Shown here in pieces: positions 61,590 through 64,000 of a stretch of 64,000 bases of DNA. The stretch comes from Porphyromonas sp. Its GTDB lineage: Bacteria > Bacteroidota > Bacteroidia > Bacteroidales > Porphyromonadaceae. The notes beneath the pieces are model-generated. The model saw only the letters and a program-made list of their open reading frames with translations, had not been told where the DNA came from and did not search any database. Both the position numbers and the translations under genes were made by a program. The stretch spans positions 104,379 to 168,378 of the forward strand of contig JAXFND010000002.1 in NCBI GenBank assembly GCA_034181285.1, read 5' to 3'. Positions within the stretch are counted from its first letter, which is position 1. Every line of letters begins with the position of its first letter.

Positions 61590-61872
61590 TATATATGTAT
61601 AACAAATCTATAAAAAGAGTGACGGCACATCGAGAGATCGCCGCCACTCAACAACACAAAAACAAAACAAAAACTATAAAGAGCTAAACATCATCAGCTC
61701 TTTATATGTCAATCCTCTCGAGCGAGAACCGACGCGCTCGACGCGCTCCGCCCACGAAAGGCTACCACAAGAAAAAAACACTATCCGAAGTAAAGAAAGA
61801 ACTCAAATCGGGGTGGTGGCTTTATCTGGATGTAAGAATTATGAACTTTTCACTCTCAAAAAATAATGAAAT

Positions 61873-62196
61873 ATGGAACAAGTAGAAAAACTAAAAGAGC
61901 TTCAAAAGCAAGAACAAAAAATCGAAGCAAGTAAAAGCACAGCTTGGGAGAGCACTTTGCGTGTGGTTGCATGGCTCTCAATTATTGCGGCGTTGATTAG
62001 TATTGTTGCCGCAGCCGGAGAAAGTAATCCAGCAATACTTATAGGTGGTGCTGTTGCGTTTTTAAGCGGTATCTCTCTTCATATTCTGTGTAACATCTCA
62101 ACTCACTTGTCAGACATAAAGGAAATTCTTAGTAAGGATTATGCGCTTAAGAAGATCCTTGAATTTGGCTCTCAAGAAGAACAAACAGAAAAATAA
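61873..62196 (+). CDS. Small two-TM membrane protein, unknown function
   Basis: Coiled N-terminus and two hydrophobic helices (VVAWLSIIAALISIVAAAG, ILIGGAVAFLSGISLHILC). Confidence 0.35.
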   Translation: MEQVEKLKELQKQEQKIEASKSTAWESTLRVVAWLSIIAALISIVAAAGESNPAILIGGAVAFLSGISLHILCNISTHLSDIKEILSKDYALKKILEFGSQEEQTEK

Positions 62197-62242
62197 GTAT
62201 CAAACACTTGTACAATCAAAAAATACTCACTACCTTCGTAGT

Positions 62243-62449
62243 GCTTAGAAAATGGTAGTATTCTACTTCGTAGGAGCAAGCGGTTAAGTTGCTCAATGAT
62301 ACATTGGGCTTTTTTGTTGCCCAAACAAAATATCGGCGGTTGCCTATTACGTGAAAATTTTGCTCTTCGGAGTAGACCATTTTCTAAGCAGCGTAATATG
62401 GCGACCGCTTTTTTGTTCGTCTAAAAGTCATTAAATGCTTAGAAAATGG
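62243..62449 (+). promoter_or_regulatory. Operator-like 13-nt motif GCTTAGAAAATGG, three copies (two direct, one inverted)
   Basis: Copies at 62243-62255 (+), 62377-62389 (inverted) and 62437-62449 (+). The last overlaps the Rha ATG. Confidence 0.4.
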
Positions 62450-62923
62450 CAGGTTTAGTAATTCAAAGCCCACAGGGGCGAGACGTAACGACAAGTCTAA
62501 TCGTTGCGGAAGTGTTCGGCAAAGACCACCGCAAAGTATGTAGAGACATCGAAAGTCTCTCTTGCTCTGAAAGTTTTAGGGTGGCCAATTTTGGCCAGGC
62601 TACTTTTGAGAACCAAAAAAACAGGGCAAATGCACAAGATGTATGAGATGACCAAAGACGGATTCAGTTTCTTGGTTATGGGCTATACGGGCAAGAAAGC
62701 TGGTGAGTTCAAGGAAATGTTCATCAACGAGTTCAACAAACGAGAAATGATGTTGAAAAGCGATGATTACATCTTGGCACGCTCACAAGAAATTCTGCAC
62801 AACCGCTTACAGTTGGCTGAAAAACAACTGCAAGCTGCACGGGCTACCATCACGAGCCAAAGCGAGCAACTCAAAGCCCAAGCCCCAAAGGTTGAGTCTC
62901 AATCGAACTACTCTAGAATTTAA
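62446..62923 (+). pseudogene. Rha-family phage regulatory/antirepressor gene, frameshifted in an A7 tract and 3'-truncated by a CRISPR repeat
   Basis: VTTSLIVAEVFGKDHRKVCRDIESL in frame 1 continues as MYEMTKDGFSFLVMGYTGKKAGEFKEMFINEFN in frame +1. The last 9 codons are repeat sequence. Confidence 0.65.
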
Positions 62924-63055
62924 ATACCGCAGCGACTGCCGCCTTTCCTTTGCCGCTCCCGTCTCAATCGAACTACTCTAGAATTTAAATGTCGTATGCA
63001 CACCTGCTCTTTCCACTGATCTGCCGTCTCAATCGAACTATTCTAGTATCTCCAC
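62896..63055 (+). CRISPR. Trailer CRISPR remnant of 3 repeats (two ending ..AAAT, one degenerate terminal) and 2 spacers
   Basis: Repeats at 62896, 62961 and 63026 with 35-nt spacers. The last repeat is GTCTCAATCGAACTATTCTAGTATCTCCAC. Confidence 0.85.
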
Positions 63056-63074
63056 TCCTACGAGCAAAAAATAC

Positions 63075-63150
63075 AACGGCTCAGAAGAAAAATTCCGACA
63101 CGTGGGAAAATCGACTCCAACGCGAGAGAACTCTCGCGTTGCTTTTCGAG
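63075..63150 (+). repeat. Periodic ACGT-core minisatellite (locus F, just after the CRISPR trailer)
   Basis: CAACGGCTCAGAAGAAAAAT | TCCGACACGTGGGAAAATCGAC | TCCAACGCGAGAGAACTCTCGC | GTTGCTTTTCGAGAC. Confidence 0.45.
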
Positions 63151-63172
63151 ACTTGTACACAAATGAGCAAAC

Positions 63173-63207
63173 AAAAAAAGGCGTGACACCAAAGTGTCAC
63201 GCCTTTT
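63173..63207. terminator. Bidirectional Rho-independent terminator (rpsA side is strong)
   Basis: 10-bp stem GGCGTGACAC/GTGTCACGCC with a 4-nt loop, flanked by A7 upstream and T4 downstream. Confidence 0.8.
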
Positions 63208-63227
63208 CATATCATCAAAACGCTGCT

Positions 63228-64000
63228 TTAGTCGTTATTGAGCTTTTCTTTCAAGGCGGCTAATTCGCCAAGATCTCCAAGAGTAGCTTTCTCCACAGAT
63301 GCAGCATTTGCAGCTATGGTAGCCTCTTCTTTCTGAGCATTGGCACGACGCTCACCGGCAGCTTCTCTACGAGCAGCACGCTGGTCATCTTCGAACACTC
63401 GGCTGTGAGAAACAATGATCCGCTTGGAATCCTTGTTGAACTCAATCACCTTAAATGCCAACTTCTCATGAAGGGCAGCCTGAGAGCCATCCTCTTTCAC
63501 TAGATGCTTAGGCGTAGCAAATCCTTCAACCCCGTGGGGCAAAGCAATCACAGAGCCACGCTCCATCTGCTCGATAATCTCACCCTCGTGGATGCTTCCG
63601 TTGGTGAAGATCGTCTCGAACACGTCCCAAGGATTATCCTCAAGCTGCTTGTGACCCAAGCTAAGACGGCGGTTTTCTTTATCGATTTCAAGTACCTGCA
63701 CCTCGATGTTGGCTCCCACTTCTGTGAATTCGCTCGGGTGCTTAATCTTCTTGGTCCAAGACAAATCACTGATATGGATCAGGCCATCAATTCCCTCTTC
63801 GATCTCGACGAATACGCCAAAGTTTGTAAAGTTGCGCACACGTGCCTGGTGGCGAGAGCCTACAGGGAAACGCTCCTCGATATTTTCCCATGGATCTGGC
63901 TTGAGTTGCTTAAGACCAAGGCTCATCTTACGCTCTTCTCGATCAAGAGTGAGCACCATTGCCTCGATCTCATCTCCTACATGCAAGAAATCTTGAGCTG
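63228..64000 (-). CDS. rpsA: 30S ribosomal protein S1, C-terminal part (gene continues beyond the window)
   Basis: Repeated S1 domains (GSRHQARVRNFTNFGVFVEIEEGIDGLIHISD...). The frame is open to the window edge. Confidence 0.9.
   Translation of the reverse strand, partial: AQDFLHVGDEIEAMVLTLDREERKMSLGLKQLKPDPWENIEERFPVGSRHQARVRNFTNFGVFVEIEEGIDGLIHISDLSWTKKIKHPSEFTEVGANIEVQVLEIDKENRRLSLGHKQLEDNPWDVFETIFTNGSIHEGEIIEQMERGSVIALPHGVEGFATPKHLVKEDGSQAALHEKLAFKVIEFNKDSKRIIVSHSRVFEDDQRAARREAAGERRANAQKEEATIAANAASVEKATLGDLGELAALKEKLNND

Larger units (their letters stand above)
61128..62895 (+). mobile_element. Phage/mobile-element-derived 1,768-bp fragment embedded between CRISPR repeats
   Basis: Bounded on both sides by consensus repeats. 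Carries an HTH ORF, a 2-TM ORF and a truncated Rha-type gene, all on the + strand. Confidence 0.7.

Noticed and set aside
61720-61755. Apparent similarity between spacer 1 (reverse complement) and the GC-rich CGAGCGAGAACCGACGCGCTCGACGCGCTCCG segment of the embedded fragment
   Set aside because: On alignment only short CG-rich words coincide and there is no contiguous match. It is treated as compositional.

Overview
This 64-kb chromosomal window looks like a Bacteroidales genome, probably Porphyromonas-like. The evidence is repeated TAnnTTTG -7 promoter boxes, fimbrillin-fold and BACON lipoproteins, a PorQ-like protein, PepO, and roughly mid-40s % GC judged by eye. Most of the window is housekeeping: pyrDK, ruvB, asnS, purB, miaB, asd, ispH, cmk, leuS, the rpsA 3' end and tRNA-Pro(GGG). 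A tightly coupled 9-kb operon (33.0-42.1 kb) joins cobalt uptake (cbiM, cbiN, and a CbiQ-CbiO-SirC triple fusion) to hemA, hemC, cobA/hemD, hemB and hemL. The accessory part is 56.9-63.1 kb. It holds an adaptation-only cas4-cas1-cas2 module and a 32-repeat CRISPR array of 30-nt repeats. The array is interrupted, exactly at repeat boundaries, by a 1,768-bp phage-like fragment. That fragment carries an HTH protein, a small 2-TM protein, and a Rha-type antirepressor that is both frameshifted and truncated. A 3-repeat trailer remnant with a variant repeat ending follows it. The array also contains a near-duplicate spacer pair at opposite ends, an exact tandem spacer duplication, a spacer that starts with repeat sequence, and a spacer whose 5' half matches the predicted cas4 promoter. 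Other observations are a dispersed family of 20-24-nt periodic ACGT-core intergenic minisatellites, an ORF-less promoter-to-terminator unit (candidate sRNA), a GNAT-AlkD fusion gene split by a 67-bp insertion, and a W/Y/G-rich secreted repeat protein paired with an outer-membrane beta-barrel. Everything was called by eye from the sequence and the ORF track, with no searches run. ORF-track coordinates include the stop codon, and several starts were moved to internal ATGs where stated.
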